A DNA stretch of 64,000 bases from Heterodontus francisci (Eukaryota), in assembly GCF_036365525.1 (NCBI RefSeq), contig NC_090371.1, forward strand, positions 115,954,388 through 116,018,387. The letters run 5' to 3'. The translations under genes were made by a program, and so were the position numbers. This document shows positions 1-12,575 of the stretch, piece by piece. The notes below the pieces were generated by a model, which saw only the letters and a program-made list of their open reading frames with translations, was not told the origin of the DNA and ran no database searches. How positions within the stretch are numbered: the first letter of the stretch is position 1; each line of letters opens with the position of its first letter.

Positions 1-1915
1 CCACAAGAAGAAACATTCTCTCCATACCCACTCTATCAAAACCACTCATAATTTAGAAGTGTGATCTAACCAAGGTTTGATACAAGTTTACCGTAACTTC
101 CCCACTTTTCAGTTCTATCTCTCTGGAAGTAAATCCTAGTGCTTGGTTTGTTTTCTTCTGACTTTGCTAATCTTTTAGTAATTGGTATATTTGTACTCCG
201 AGCACAGTGGCGCAGTGGTTAGCACCGCAGCCTCACAGCTCCAGGGACCCGGGTTCGATTCTGGGTACTGCCTGTGTGGAGTTTGCAAGTTCTCCCTGTG
301 TCTGCGTGGGTTTTCTCCGGGTGCTCCGGTTTCCTCCCACAAGCCAAAAGACTTGCAGGTTGATAGGTAAATTGGCCATTATAAATTGTCACTAGTATAG
401 GTAGGTGGTAGGGAAATATAGGGACAGGTGGGGATGTTTGGTAGGAATATGGGATTAGTGTAGGATTAGTATAAATGGGTGGTTGATGGTCAGCACAGAC
501 TCGGTGGGCCGAAGGGCCTGTTTCAGTGCTGTATCTCTAATCTAATCTAATCTTTACCCCACATAGACTCGCACTTTCCAAGTAATAAGTAACCTCCACA
601 TCCTTCCTACCGAAATGTGCTACCTTGCATTTATCTGTATTGAACTTTATTTGCCAATTATTTGCCCATTCTGCAAGTTTATTAATGTCCTCCTGTAATT
701 TCGCAGAATCACAGATTAACGGAATTGTTACAGCGCAAAAGGAGGCTGTTTGGCCCATTGTGTCTACACTGGCTCGCCGAATGAGCAATTCACCTAATGT
801 CATTCCCTGCCTTCTCCCCGTAATCCTGCACATTTGTCATTTTTGGATAACAGTCTAATTCATTTTTGAATCCCTTGATTGAACCTGTCTCCACCACACT
901 CTCAGGCAGTGTATTTCAGATCCTAACCATTTGCTGTGTGGACTTGTTGCACTCTTCCTCAGTATTAACTATCTCCCCCACCACCCCTGCAATTTGGCGT
1001 TATCCGCAAATTTAGAAATTGCATTTTTTGATTCCAAAGACCAAATCATTACTGTAAATTGTGAACAGCAGTGGTCCCAGTACTGATCCTTGTGGAACAC
1101 CACTTCCCACCTTCTGCCATTCTGAATAACTACCCTTTCCTCCTGCTCTCTGCTTTGTCTTGAAGCAAGTTCACAATCCATTCTGCTACTTGTCCTCTGA
1201 CTTTGCATTCTCTGACCTTATTCATCAATCTGTTATGGGGCACTTTATGGAAGGCCTTTTGAAAATTCAGATAAATTACATTTACTGCATTATCATTGTC
1301 TACTCCCTCTGTTACCTCAAAAAATTCAGTAAGGTTGATCAAGCAAGATTTTCCCTTTTGAATCCATCCTGCCTATTCATTATTATATTTTTCTTTTCTA
1401 GATATTTTTCTATTCTCTCCTTTAGTAGGGATTCAATTATTTTCCTCCCAGCAGTGTTAAGCTGACTAGTTTATAATTCCCTGGACATGTTCTGACCTCC
1501 TTCTTAAATATTGGAATTACGTTATCTATCCACCAATCTTCAGGCATTACACCTTTTTTTCTAACGAATTATTAAGTATCTGTCATAATGCCTCTGCTAT
1601 CATTTCCCTAGATTCTTTTAAAATGCATGGATTCAATCCATCTGGACCAGAAGTTTTATCCTCTTTGAGTCAATTAGTTTATTCAATACACCCCTTTTTT
1701 ATTTTAAATGCATTTATCTCATTATTCAATGTCGTGTCGACTTGTTCTATCTCCCTTGTAAATACCATAGCAAAATTATTATTTCATATTTCTGTCATCA
1801 GTCTATCCTGTTTATCTCTTAATGGTCCTATTCCCATCCCAGCCTTCCTATTTTATTGATGTGCCTGCAAAGTACTTTACTATTTTGTTTTATGTTTCTT
1901 GATATTTTAAGTTTG
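1..1915 (-). mobile_element. Decayed CR1 LINE ORF2 (RT region), split by a V-SINE and by a nested CR1 3' fragment (~704-950)
   Basis: Minus-strand peptides INLTEFFEVTEGVDNDNAVNVIYLNFQKAFHKVPH, ISKFADNAKL and WQIKFNTDKCKVAHFGRK are typical of CR1 RT. Many frameshifts. Confidence 0.85.
202..552 (+). mobile_element. V-SINE (HE1-like tRNA-derived SINE)
   Basis: A box TGGCGCAGTGG, B box GGTTCGATTC, central V-domain (GTGTGGAGTTTGCA...GGTGCTCCGGTTTCCTCCCAC), CR1-type tail GGGCCGAAGGGCCTGTTTCAGTGCTGTAT, then (CTAAT)n. Confidence 0.92.
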
Positions 1916-1944
1916 TAGACTTGGAGTCAACCTGCAGGTTCCCC

Positions 1945-2187
1945 TGCATTTGCTACCCTGGTTCTTCAAGGTGGTAGAGGTCATAGGTTTGGAAGGTGCT
2001 GTTGAAGGAGCCTTGGCGAGTTGCTACAGGGCATCTTGTAGATGGTACACACTGCTGCCACTGTGCACCAGTGGCGAAGGGAGTGAATGTTTTAAGTGGT
2101 GGATGGGATGCCAGTCAAGTGGGCTGCTTTGTCTTGGATGGTGTTGACATTCTTGAGTGTTGTTGGAGCTGCATTCATCCAGGCAAA
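1945..2187 (-). mobile_element. Fragment of the tRNA-headed CR1-group LINE (family A)
   Basis: Reverse complement matches the ORF C-terminal region of the copy at ~10680-10920. Confidence 0.8.
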
Positions 2188-2777
2188 TTGTAAACATTTT
2201 ATTTTACTTATTCTGGTTCATACATGAGAGTTACAGAAAATAATGGAGCACACTAAAACTTCTGGATTACTCCACTATGAATGACTACTTGGCAGTAATA
2301 AATTGTTTGAAATATGAAGCAAGCAAAACACCTACAATTGCCCATGAGGAGTCAATTTCACCTTGTTTGTAGTTCTGTAATGACTAACAAATTCACTCCT
2401 CTCCTACGGTTGTAACACTGAAGTTCCTTTGACAATTTCTTTTATATGTCACTTCTAGGGAGGGACAAGATAAATACTGTCAGGGGATTACAGTGCAATT
2501 AGTATTAATTTCAGGCCAAAACACCTTTTCACATACAGAGCCCTTTGTTTGAAAAAGCCCATCCTGTCAGTGGAAATCTTCTTTAAGCTTCCTTCAGTCA
2601 GTTTTTATCGGTTGGTGGGGGAGGTGGAGAGGTGTTTGTGATGGCTCCTTACCCTCTGATGATCAAAATTGTTAATTCTCAAGGCCTGTTAAAAATTTTC
2701 AAACAGATGTTTCATTTCTGTACACTATGGCTTTGTTCAATTTGATAGCAATGTCTGGAAAAACACAATTACTGCAG

Positions 2778-3119
2778 GGCGGCACAGTGGCGCAGTGGTT
2801 AGCACCGCAGCCTCACAGCTCCAGTGACCTGGGCTCAATTCTGGGTACTGCCTGTGTGGAGTTTGCAAGTTCTCCCTGTGTCTGCATGGGTTTTCTGCAG
2901 GTGCTCCGGTTTCCTCCCACAGCCAAAAGACTTGCAGGTTGGTAGGTAAATTGGCCATAATAAATTGCCCCTAGTATAGGTAGGTGATAGGGACAGGTGG
3001 GGATGTGGTAGGAATATGGGATGAGTGGAGGATTAGTATAAATGGGTGGTTGATGGTCGGCACAGACTCGGTGGGCCGAAGGGCCTGTTTCCGTGCTGTA
3101 TCTCTAAACTAAACTAGGA
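2778..3119 (+). mobile_element. V-SINE, full length
   Basis: Same structure as 202-552, with a (CTAAA)n tail. Imperfect TSD TACTGCAG (2770-2777) / TACTACAG (3120-3127). Confidence 0.92.
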
Positions 3120-3267
3120 TACTACAGTTCAGCAAGTTTTAATTTTAAAAGGATGACGACCAGATGCTCTCAGCACTGTCCACAGTTCATCGCAGGGCAT
3201 GACGGTTAATATGGTCAAGCTTTAGCATGAGGCTAATTTTTGGTAAAGCCATTACTGTCTTACAAAG

Positions 3268-4645
3268 TGGAGAGTATTCCATTGTGTTCCTGATTTATGC
3301 CCCGTAGATTGTGGACAGGCTTTAGGGCATCAAAAAGTGATTTACTCGCTGAAGAATCCCCAGCCTCTGACCTGCTCTTTTAGCCACAGTATTTATATGG
3401 CTAGTCAAGTTTCTGGTCAATGGCAACCCTCAGGATATTGATGGTGGGGGATTCACCAATGGGAATGCGGTTAAATGTCAAGAGGAAATGGTTCTCTCTT
3501 GTTGGAGATGGTCATTGTCTGGTACTTGTGTGGTGTGCATGTTACTTGCCACTTATCGGCTCAAGCCTGAATATTGTCCAGGTTTTGCTGCGTATGGGCA
3601 TGGACTGTTTCAGTATCTGAGGAGTCACGAATGGTACTGAACTCTGCGCAATCAGCGAACATCCCCACATCTGACGTTATATTCCACCGATGCACAGTGG
3701 CAGCAGTGTGTACCGTCTACAAGATGCACTGCAGCAACGCACCAAACCTGCGACCTCTACCAACTAGAAGGACAAGGGCAGCAAATGCATGGGAACACCA
3801 CCACTCACAAGTTCCCCTCCAAGTCACACACCATCCTGACTTGGAACTATATCGCAGTTCCTTCACTGTCGCTGGGTCAAATTCCTGGAACTCCCTCCCT
3901 AACAACACTGTGGGTGTACTTACCTTACATGGACTGCAGCGGTTCAAGAAGGCAACTCACCACCACCTTCTCAAGGGCAATTAGGGATGGGCAATAAATG
4001 CTAGCCTAGCCAGTGACGCCCACATCCCATGAATGAAAAAAAAAATCACTTTGCTGATGATTGAGAGTAGACTGATAGGACGATAATTGGCTGGTTTGGA
4101 TTTGTACTGCTTTTTGCAGACAGGACATACCTGAACAATTTTCCATATTGTTGGGTAGATGCCAATGTTGTAGTTGTACTGGAATAACTCAGCGAAGGGC
4201 GCAGTTAGGTCTGGAGCACAAGTCTTCAGTATTAAAGCTGGGATGCTGTCAGGGCCCATAACCTTTGCTGTATCCAGTGCGTTCAGTCATTACTTGATAT
4301 CACATGGAGTGAATCGAATTGGCTGAAAATTGGCATCTATGATGGTGGGGACCTTCGGAGGCAACCAAGCTTGATCATCCACTTGGCACTTCTAACTGAA
4401 GATGGGTGAAAATTCTTCAGCCTTGTCTTTTGCACTGACCAGCTGGGCCCACCCATCATTGAGGGTGAGGATGTTTGTGGAACCTCCTCTTCCTCCAGTT
4501 AGTTGTTTAATTGTCCACCACCATTCATGACTGGATGTGGAAGGACTGCAGAGTTTTGATCTGATCTATTGGTTGTAGGATCGCTTAGCCCTGTCTACAG
4601 CATACTGTTTCCACTTATTAGCATGCATATAGGTGCCTGGTTGTC
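3268..4645. mobile_element. Family A LINE pieces: minus 3268-3680, plus 3' end 3683-4045 with A-rich tail, minus 4046-4645
   Basis: Minus-strand peptide GPDSIPALILKTCAP...PANYRPISLLSIISKV. The plus-strand piece ends GGGCAATAAATGCT...CCCATGAATGAAAAA. Confidence 0.85.
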
Positions 4646-4870
4646 GATTTAAGGCAATTGGCAAAAGCACGAGAAGAGAGATGAATAACAATATTTTTAC
4701 GCAGTGATTTGTTGCAATTGAGAATGTTGTCTGAGAGGGTGGTGAAACTAGAGGAAAAATCTGCAGGACTATGGGGGAAAGGACAGGGAAATGGGACTAA
4801 ATGTATTTCAAAGAGCTGGTCCAAACATGATGGGCTGAATAGTCTCCTTCTGTGCTGTACAATTCTCTGG
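4645..4870 (+). mobile_element. CR1 3' end fragment
   Basis: TTTTTACGCAG...GAGAGGGTGGTG, ending in the tail GGGCTGAATAGTCTCCTTCTGTGCTGTA. Confidence 0.7.
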
Positions 4871-5191
4871 TTCTGTTGACTTTGAAGTCTCGCCATAATT
4901 CATTTTGGTTCATCTCTTCTGTCCATGCACTGAAACAAAAGGCATGCACAGAACAGGTGAACCATGCTGGATTATGGGGGGTGGGGGGGGGGGGTGGGGT
5001 GCGGACTTTGGCAAACTCCAAATTAACTGATTTTCAGGGTCCTGTGTAAGCAGCATAAACAAGGACAGAAAACAATTGACATAGCAGATGCTTTGATAGT
5101 TTTTCCCTCCCGTTCTTGTTTTTATTCAACACTGTGATTGCCAGTCCAGCACAGATTAAGAATCTGATACATTGGGGAAGATGCCAACAGA

Positions 5192-5960
5192 GGGCTGAAT
5201 TTTATTCTCCCACCGCAGGGTGCAGCGGCAGGCGAAAAAATTCCCCCCAGTCATGTGGCGGGGGCGGGCTCTGCGACACTGTCAATGATGTTAACTGCCT
5301 GTGCGCAGGCACTGACACCAATTTTAAAGGGCTGCCAGGCCTGCGGTGACAGATGAAAATTGTCCCCGTTCCCCCCACAAGTGTAACAAGAAATAAAGTT
5401 TGACCCACCCACCGCGCACCACCCCACCTCCCAAACAACACCAGGAAAGCTCAGATTAACCCTTTTCTATCCCAACTGCATGAAGTGCAGAGTTGACCCC
5501 TTTCACCCCCTCCAACTGAACTAAGTGCAGAATTCAACCCTTCTTCCCCCTCCCCACTACACTGACAATGCAGAGTTGACCCCATCCCAGCCCCCACTTC
5601 ACTATAATGCAGAGCTCCCCCCTTTCCCATCTCAGTGGCATCAGCTTTCCCTGGATGGGAAAGTGAAGGCGCTGGAGTGCTGGTCATCACTCTGGAGTTC
5701 ACGGACAGCCAGCAAGATCACAGTTAAAGGTATGTAAATATATGCATTTCCTTTATTTAAGTATGCAAAGTTGGATTCTGTCACTGAGTGGCGGGGGGGC
5801 TGCTATGGTGCCTTGCCACCGCCAGGAAGATCAAGCCCGATAATCCCAGCATCGTGCTCCATGACAGGCCACCACTGGTGCGATCTTCCGGCCCTCCCCC
5901 ACCCCACCCCCCCAACACCACCACGGTGCCCGATGCCAGGACCTCAACAAAATGCCAGCC
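5192..5960. mobile_element. Non-autonomous PIF/Harbinger-type element (MITE) with an internal ~40-bp tandem repeat
   Basis: Left end GGGCTGAATTTTATTCTCCC is nearly identical to the Harbinger left end at 16310. Degenerate right end AAAATGCCAGCC. About four units starting TGCAGAGTTGACCCC at ~5487-5630. Confidence 0.65.
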
Positions 5961-6499
5961 AGAATCTATACATTGCTTAATCATGAGCCAAAATATTGCA
6001 TCTATTAAGGAATACCACTCAAGTTTCACATTTAAAGTCTGAATTGTACAATTTAAGAGCTGTCTTTGAAAACTTTGATTCAGGCGGAAAATCCTGGTAA
6101 GGTTATTGGTGAATGGCTCTCATCAATCATTGAAGCAGAACAGAAAACAATGTTGGTTTCAAAACCTGGTAACCTAGTGCGAATGTCAGACTGTTAAGAT
6201 TCAGACACAGGACTGATGGTTAGTGTCACACATTTGATGGTTTATTGCTGGAATAATATGGCCATTTTAACCAGCAGCCCAATATTAGACCCTAAACAAC
6301 AGAAAGGAGTGAGTCATCCATCTAACCATGAATTTATATCTTTAAAGCACTTGAAGGATAAAAACAGGCAAATGTTTTGGCTATGCCTGGTAGCTTTGGG
6401 CACTGTTGATTGCAATCTGAGAGCTAAATGCTGTTCTACATTCTTGATCAAAATAATGTAACGGCATCTCAATGATTTAACCGACAGGTGCACGTGTTC

Positions 6500-6640
6500 A
6501 ATTGTACGGAGCTAACCTGACCACGACAGATCTAGATTCAATCCCTGGTCTACTAAATTAGCAAATAGAGCTGGGGCAGTGGTGGGAATGGTTCAGTCCA
6601 ACTTACCAAGAAAGTTAACAAAAATCTGCTATGTTTCTGT
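6500..6640 (+). mobile_element. Possible ancient tRNA-derived SINE remnant
   Basis: Degenerate B-box-like GATTCAATCCCTGGTCT followed by TTAGC...GAGCTGGGGCAGTGGTGGG. Heavily decayed. Confidence 0.3.
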
Positions 6641-6963
6641 TAAAAATTTGGTTCTGACATAAATATCTTCTGATTCAATGGACTTATTCTGTCCTGTAAA
6701 TGATCTGAGCATCATCATTTTATGGGAGTTGACTTACACAGCTCTGCATCTATTTTTCCCGTAACTCCATGTTTGAATCCCTCCAATCGGGTTTCCATTC
6801 CTGTCATAGTACCGAAACCGCTCTTACCAAAGTCACAAATAACATCCTCTGTGGCTGTGACAAAGATAAACTTTCCTTCCTCATCCTTGTCGACTCGTCT
6901 GCAGCCTTTGATATGGTTGACCATACCATCCTTCTTCAATGCCTGTCCACTGTCATCCAGCTG

Positions 6964-9900
6964 TCACTGGATTAGTAACCCAGAGACCCAGGGTATTGCT
7001 CTGGGGACATGGGTTTGAATCCCATCACAGCAGAAGGTGGGAGTTGAATTCAACTAATAAATCTGGAATCTGAAAAAAAAAGCCAGTCTAATGATGGCCT
7101 TGAAACCATTGTCGATTATTGTAAAAACCCATCTGGTTCACTAATATCCTTTTGGGAAGGAAATCTGCCTCCTTATCTGGTCTAGCCTACATGTGACACT
7201 AGACCCACAGCAAGGTTGTTGGCTCTTAAATGCCCTCTGAAATGGCCTGGCAAGCCTCTCAGTTGCATCTAACCACTACGAAGTCAATATGGAATGAAAC
7301 CGGATGGACTACCCGGAATTCGACCTCGGCACCGGAAACGACAATGGCAAACCCAGCCCTGTCAACCCTGCGAAGTCCTCCTTACTAATATCTGGGGGGC
7401 TTGTGCCAAAGTTGGGAGAGCTGTCCCACAGACTAGTCAAGCAGCAGCCTGACAGTCATACTCACGGAATCATAACTTACAGACAATGTCCCAGACACTG
7501 CCATCACCATCCCCTGGTATGTCCTATCCCACTGGCAGGACAGACCCAGCAGAGGCCGTGGCACAGTGGTATACAGTCAGGAGGGAGTTTCCATGAAGTC
7601 TCACGGCATCAGGTCAAACTTGGGCAAGGAAATCTCCTGCTGATTACCACCAATCGCACCCCCACTCACCCCCCGCACCCCTCCCGACAGCTGATGAGTC
7701 AGTACTCCTCCAGGTTGAACAGCAGGAAACACTAAGGGTGGCTAAGATGCAAAATGTACTCTGGGTGGGGGACCTCAATGTCCATCACCAAGAGTGGTTC
7801 AGTAGCATCACTACTGACTGAGCTGGTCGACTCCTAAAGGACATAGGTGCTACACTAGGTCAGTAGCAGGTGGTGAGGGAACCAACAAGAGGGAAACATA
7901 TACTTGACCTCATCCTCACCAATCTGCCTGCCGCAGATGCATTTGTGCATGACAGTATTGGTAGGAGTGACCACCGCACAGTCCTTGTGAAGATCAAGTC
8001 TCGTCTTCACATTGAGGATACCCTCCATCGTGTTGTGTGGCACGATTACTGTGCTAAATGGGATAGATTTTGAACAGATCTAGCAATGCAAAACTGGACT
8101 TCCACGAGGCACTGTGGGCCATCAGCAGCAGCAATATTGAACTTAACCACAATCTATAATCACATGGCCCAGCATATCCCCCACTCTACTATTACCATCA
8201 AGCCAGGGGATCAACCCTGGTTCAATGAACAGTGTAGGAGGGCATGCCAAGAGCAGCACCAGGCATGCCTCAAAATGAAGTGTCAACCTGTTGAAGTTAC
8301 AACCCAGGACTACTTGCATGCCAAACAACATAAGCAACATGCAATAGACAGAGCTAAGTGATCCCATAGTCAATGGATCAGATCTAAGCTCTGCAGTCCT
8401 GCCACATCCATTCATAAATGGTGGTGGACAATTAAACAACTAACTGGAGGAGGTGCCTCCACAAATATCCCCATCCTCAATGATTGGGGAGCCCAGCACA
8501 TTAGTGAAAAAGATAATGTTGAAGCATTTGCAACAAGCTTCAGCTAGAAGTGCCGAGCTGATGATCCATCTCGGCCTCCTCCTGAATTCCCAGCATCACA
8601 ACTGCCAGACTTCAGCGAATTCGATTCACTCCGCGTGATATCAAGAAATGACTGAGGGCACTGGATCTGCAAAGGCTATGGGCCCTGACAACATTCCGGC
8701 AATAGTACTGAAGACCTGTGCTCCAGAACATGCTGCACCCCTAGCCAAGCTGTTACAGTCCAGCTACAACACTGGCATTTACCTAGCAATGTGGAAAATT
8801 GCCCAGGTATGACCTGTAAACAAAAAGCAGGACAAGTCCAACCCAGCCAATTACCGCCCCATCTGTCTACTCACAATTATCGGTAAAGTGTCTGCAGAGC
8901 CTCATCGACAGGACTGTGGCTGCCTGCAACGAATTTGACTTAACCATCAGCCTCAAGAAAACGAACATCATGGGACAGGATGTCAGAAATGCTCCATCCA
9001 TCAATATCAGCGATCATGATCTGGAAGTGGTTCAAGAGTTCACCTACCTAGACTCAACTATCACCAGTAACCGGTCTCTCGATGCAGAAGTCAACAAGTG
9101 CATGGCAAAGGTTTCCACTGCTATGTCCAGACTGGCCAAGAGGAGGTGGAAAAATGGCGCACTGACACGGAACACAAAAGTCAGTGTTTCAAGCCTGTGT
9201 CCGCAGTACCTTGCTCTACGGCAGCGAGGCCTGGACAACGTATGTCAGCCAAGAGCGATGTCTCAACTCATTCCATCTTCGCTGCCTCGAAGATTCCTTG
9301 GCATCAGGTGGCAGGACCATATCTCCAACGCAGAAGTCCTCGAAGCGGCCAACATTCCCAGCATATACACTCTACTGAGCCAGCGGCGCTTGAGATGGCT
9401 TGGCCATGTTAGCCGCATGGAAGATGGCAGGATCCCCAAGGACACATTGTACAGCGAGCTCGCCACTGGTATCAGACCCACCGGCCGTCCATGTCTCCGC
9501 TTTAAAGACGTCTGCAAACGCAACATGAAGTCCTGTGACATTGATCACAAGTCGTGGGAGTCAGTTGCCAGTGATCGCCAGAGCTGGCAGACAGCCATAA
9601 AGGCGGGGTTAACGAGTGGTGAGTCGAAGTGACTTAGCAGTTGGCAGGAAAAAGGACAGAAGTGCAAGGGGAGAGCCAACTGTGTAACAGCCCCGACAAC
9701 CAATTTTATCTGCAGCGCCTGTGAAAGAGACTGCCACTCTAGAATTGGCCTTTATAGCCACTCCAGGCACTGCTCCACAAACCACTGACCACCTCTAGGC
9801 GCTTACCCATTGTCTCCCGAGATAACGAGGCCAAAGAAGAAGATGGAAGGTGTCATCAACAGTGCTATCAAGCGGCACTTGCCTAGCAATAACCTGCTCA

Positions 9901-11170
9901 CTGATGCCGAACTTGGGTTCCTCCAGGGCCACTCAGCTCCTGACCTCATTACAGCTATGTTTCAAACATGGACACAAGAGCTGAACTCAAGAGGTGAGGT
10001 GAGAGTGACTGCCCTTGATATCAAGGCAGCATTTTATCGAGTATGGCATCAAGGAGTTCTATGGTTCTAAGGAGCCCCAGCAAAACTGGAGTCAATGGGA
10101 ATCAGGGCGAAAACTGTCTGCTGGTTGGAGTCGTACTTAGAACAAAGGAAGATGGATGTGGTTGTTGGAGGTCAATCATCTCAGCTCCAGGACATCACTG
10201 CAGGAGTTCCTCAGGGTAGTCTTCTAGGCCCAACCATCTTTAGCTGCTACATCAATGACCTATTTTCAATCAAAAGGTTAGAAACGGGGATATTCGCTGA
10301 TGATTGCACAGTGTTCAGCACCATTTCCGACTCCTCAAGATACTGAAGCAGTCCATGTAGAAATGCAGCGAGAGCTGGACAATATCCAGGCTTGAGCTGA
10401 TAAGTGGCAAGTGCCAGGCAATGACCATCTCCAACAAAAGAGAATCTAACCATCTCCCCTTGACATTCAATGGCATTACGATCGCTGAATCTCCCACTAT
10501 CAACATCCTGGGGCTACCATTGACCAGAAACTGAAATGGAGTAGCCATATAAATACCATGGCTACAAGAGCAGGTCAGAGGCTGGGAATCCTGTGGCAAG
10601 CAACTCACCTCCTGACTCCCCAAAGTCTGTCCACCATCTATAAGGCACAAGTCAGGAGTGTGATGGAATACTCTCCACTTGCCTGGATGAGTGCAGCTCC
10701 AACTACACTCAAGAAGCTCAATATCATCCAGGATAAAACAGCCCGCTTGATTGTCACCCCACCCACAAACATTCACTCCCTCCACCACTGACGCACAGTG
10801 GCAGCAGTTTGTACCATCTACAAGATGCACTGCAGCAACACAAAAAGGCTCCTTAGATAGCACCTTCCAAACCCACAAACTCTACTACCTAGAAGGACAA
10901 GGGCAGCAGATGCTTTGGAACACCACCACCTGCAAGTTCACCTCCAAGCCACACACCATCCTGACTTGGAACTATATCACCATTCCTTCACTGTTGCTGG
11001 ATCAAAATCTTGGAACTCCCTTCCTAACAGCACTGTTGGTGTACCTACCCCACATGATTGTAGCGGTTCAAGAAAGCAGCTCACCACCATCTTCTCAAGG
11101 GCAATTAGGGATGGGAAAGAAAATGCTGGCCTGGCCAGCGATGCCCACATCCCATGAACGAATGAAAAAA
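6964..11170 (+). mobile_element. Near full-length CR1-group LINE (family A): tRNA-like head, one decayed EN-RT ORF, no ORF1
   Basis: TSD AGCTG at 6959-6963 / 11171-11175. APE endonuclease motifs (NIWG, EPTRGKHILDLILTN, SDH) and RT motifs (ALDIKAAF, GVPQGSLLGP, FADD). A-rich tail. About 3.25 kb once the nested RTE is removed. Confidence 0.88.
8891..9842 (+). mobile_element. RTE-clade LINE, 5'-truncated, nested in the family A LINE
   Basis: ORF 8916-9632 (FTYLDSTI, RLRWLGHVSRMEDGRIPK) and (GAA)n tail. The host reads AAAGTG|ATGGAAGG across the insert. Confidence 0.92.
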
Positions 11171-12027
11171 AGCTGGATGGGACTGTCCTCACCTGGTTCC
11201 ATTCTTACCTATCTAATCGTAGCCAGGGAATCACTTGCAATGGCTTCTCTTCCTGCTCCCACACCTTTATCTTTGGTGTCCTCCAAGGATCTATCCTTGG
11301 TTGCCTCCTATTTCTTATCTACATACTACCCCTCGGTGACATCATCCGAAAGCACTGCATTGGGTTTCACATGTACGCTGATGACACTTAGCTTTACCTC
11401 ACCACTACCTTTCTCGACTCCTCCACTGTTGCTAAACTATCAGTCTGCTTATTCGGCATCTATATTTGGATGATCAGAAATTTCCTCCCATTAAATATTG
11501 GGAAGACTGAAGTCATTGTTTTTAGTCCCTGCTCCAAGCACCATTCCCTAGCCACAAACTCCGTCCCTCTCCCTGAGAGCAGTCTGAGATTAAGCCAGTC
11601 TCTTTACAATCTTGGTATTGCATTTGACTCCGAGTTGAGCTTACGACCTCATATTCGCACCATCACTAAGGCAGCCTATTTTGCACCTCTAACATCGCCT
11701 GATTTCTCCCCTGTTGAAACCCTCATTCATGTCTTCGTTACCTCTACACTTGAGTATTCCAACATACTCCTGGCTGGTTTCCCACATTTGACCCTCTATA
11801 AACTTGGGTTCATTCAAAACTCTGCTCTTTGTGTCTTAACTTGCACCAAGTCCTGTTCCGCTTTCATCCTGTGCTCGCTGACCTACATTGGCTCCCGGTC
11901 AAGCAACATCTTGATTTTAAAATTCTCATCCTTGTTTTCAAATTCCTCCGTGGCCTCCTCCCTACCTCTGTAATATGTTCCAGCCCTACAACATTCCTAG
12001 ATATCTGCGCTCCTCTGGATCTGGCCT

Positions 12028-12575
12028 TGATGAAATATCGGTATAGTAGGAATAATTAGGAAAGAATACACTTTATTAGGTAGAATTCAGATATAATGAA
12101 TACATTACACATTTGGAATTAAGTTTCATTTAATATAATTAAAGATTAAATAAACTGTCGGAATAAAGATTCATTTAATGCAATTAAAGATTGAATAAAT
12201 CGTCAGTTTTCAAGATCCTGGATTACCTTTTAAAGGCAGGGTTAAAAATTCATGATCCTTTTAGTTAAAAATCCATCCCACCATCTCTACTACATTGGAA
12301 TGTAAACTAATTGAAGTGAGACACACAATACATGGTACACACCGATAACTATAGTGTTAATAAGCTGATAATGATATACAATATAGACAGGCTGTCTTAA
12401 GAAACTGGTACAGAATGGTACCAAAGACCCATTATCAATGATTAATTGCAAAATGGAAGATCACTTATAAAAAAACAGATGTTATGTAACCCTGAGTTAT
12501 GTGAGAGAGATTAGCAGAGGAGTGATCCTGATTTAGTTTAGCTCCTATAAGGGGTGAAGATCATAAATCAATTCA
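12028..12575 (+). mobile_element. Solo LTR (548 bp) inserted in L2
   Basis: TG...CA termini (TGATGAA...AATTCA) and 4-bp TSD GCCT at 12024-12027 / 12576-12579. The L2 sequence resumes exactly after it. Orientation is tentative. Confidence 0.75.

Noticed and set aside
202-275. tRNA-like A and B boxes (also at 2778, 57675, 34020-34109) as tRNA genes
   Set aside because: Each continues into a SINE body or LINE leader and has no proper anticodon arm or terminator.
4975-5001. Poly-G/C tracts (also 50881-50908, 57333-57361) as functional G-quadruplexes
   Set aside because: They are simple homopolymer expansions, mostly inside decayed elements, with no independent support.
5487-5630. Repeat-spacer-like pattern resembling a CRISPR array (also CCCGA repeats at 29555-29840)
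   Set aside because: Units are degenerate, spacers are similar C-rich sequence, no cas genes are present, and the context is a eukaryotic transposon.
10751-11473. 240-aa ORF
   Set aside because: It is an off-frame read across the junction of the family A tail and L2, not a gene.
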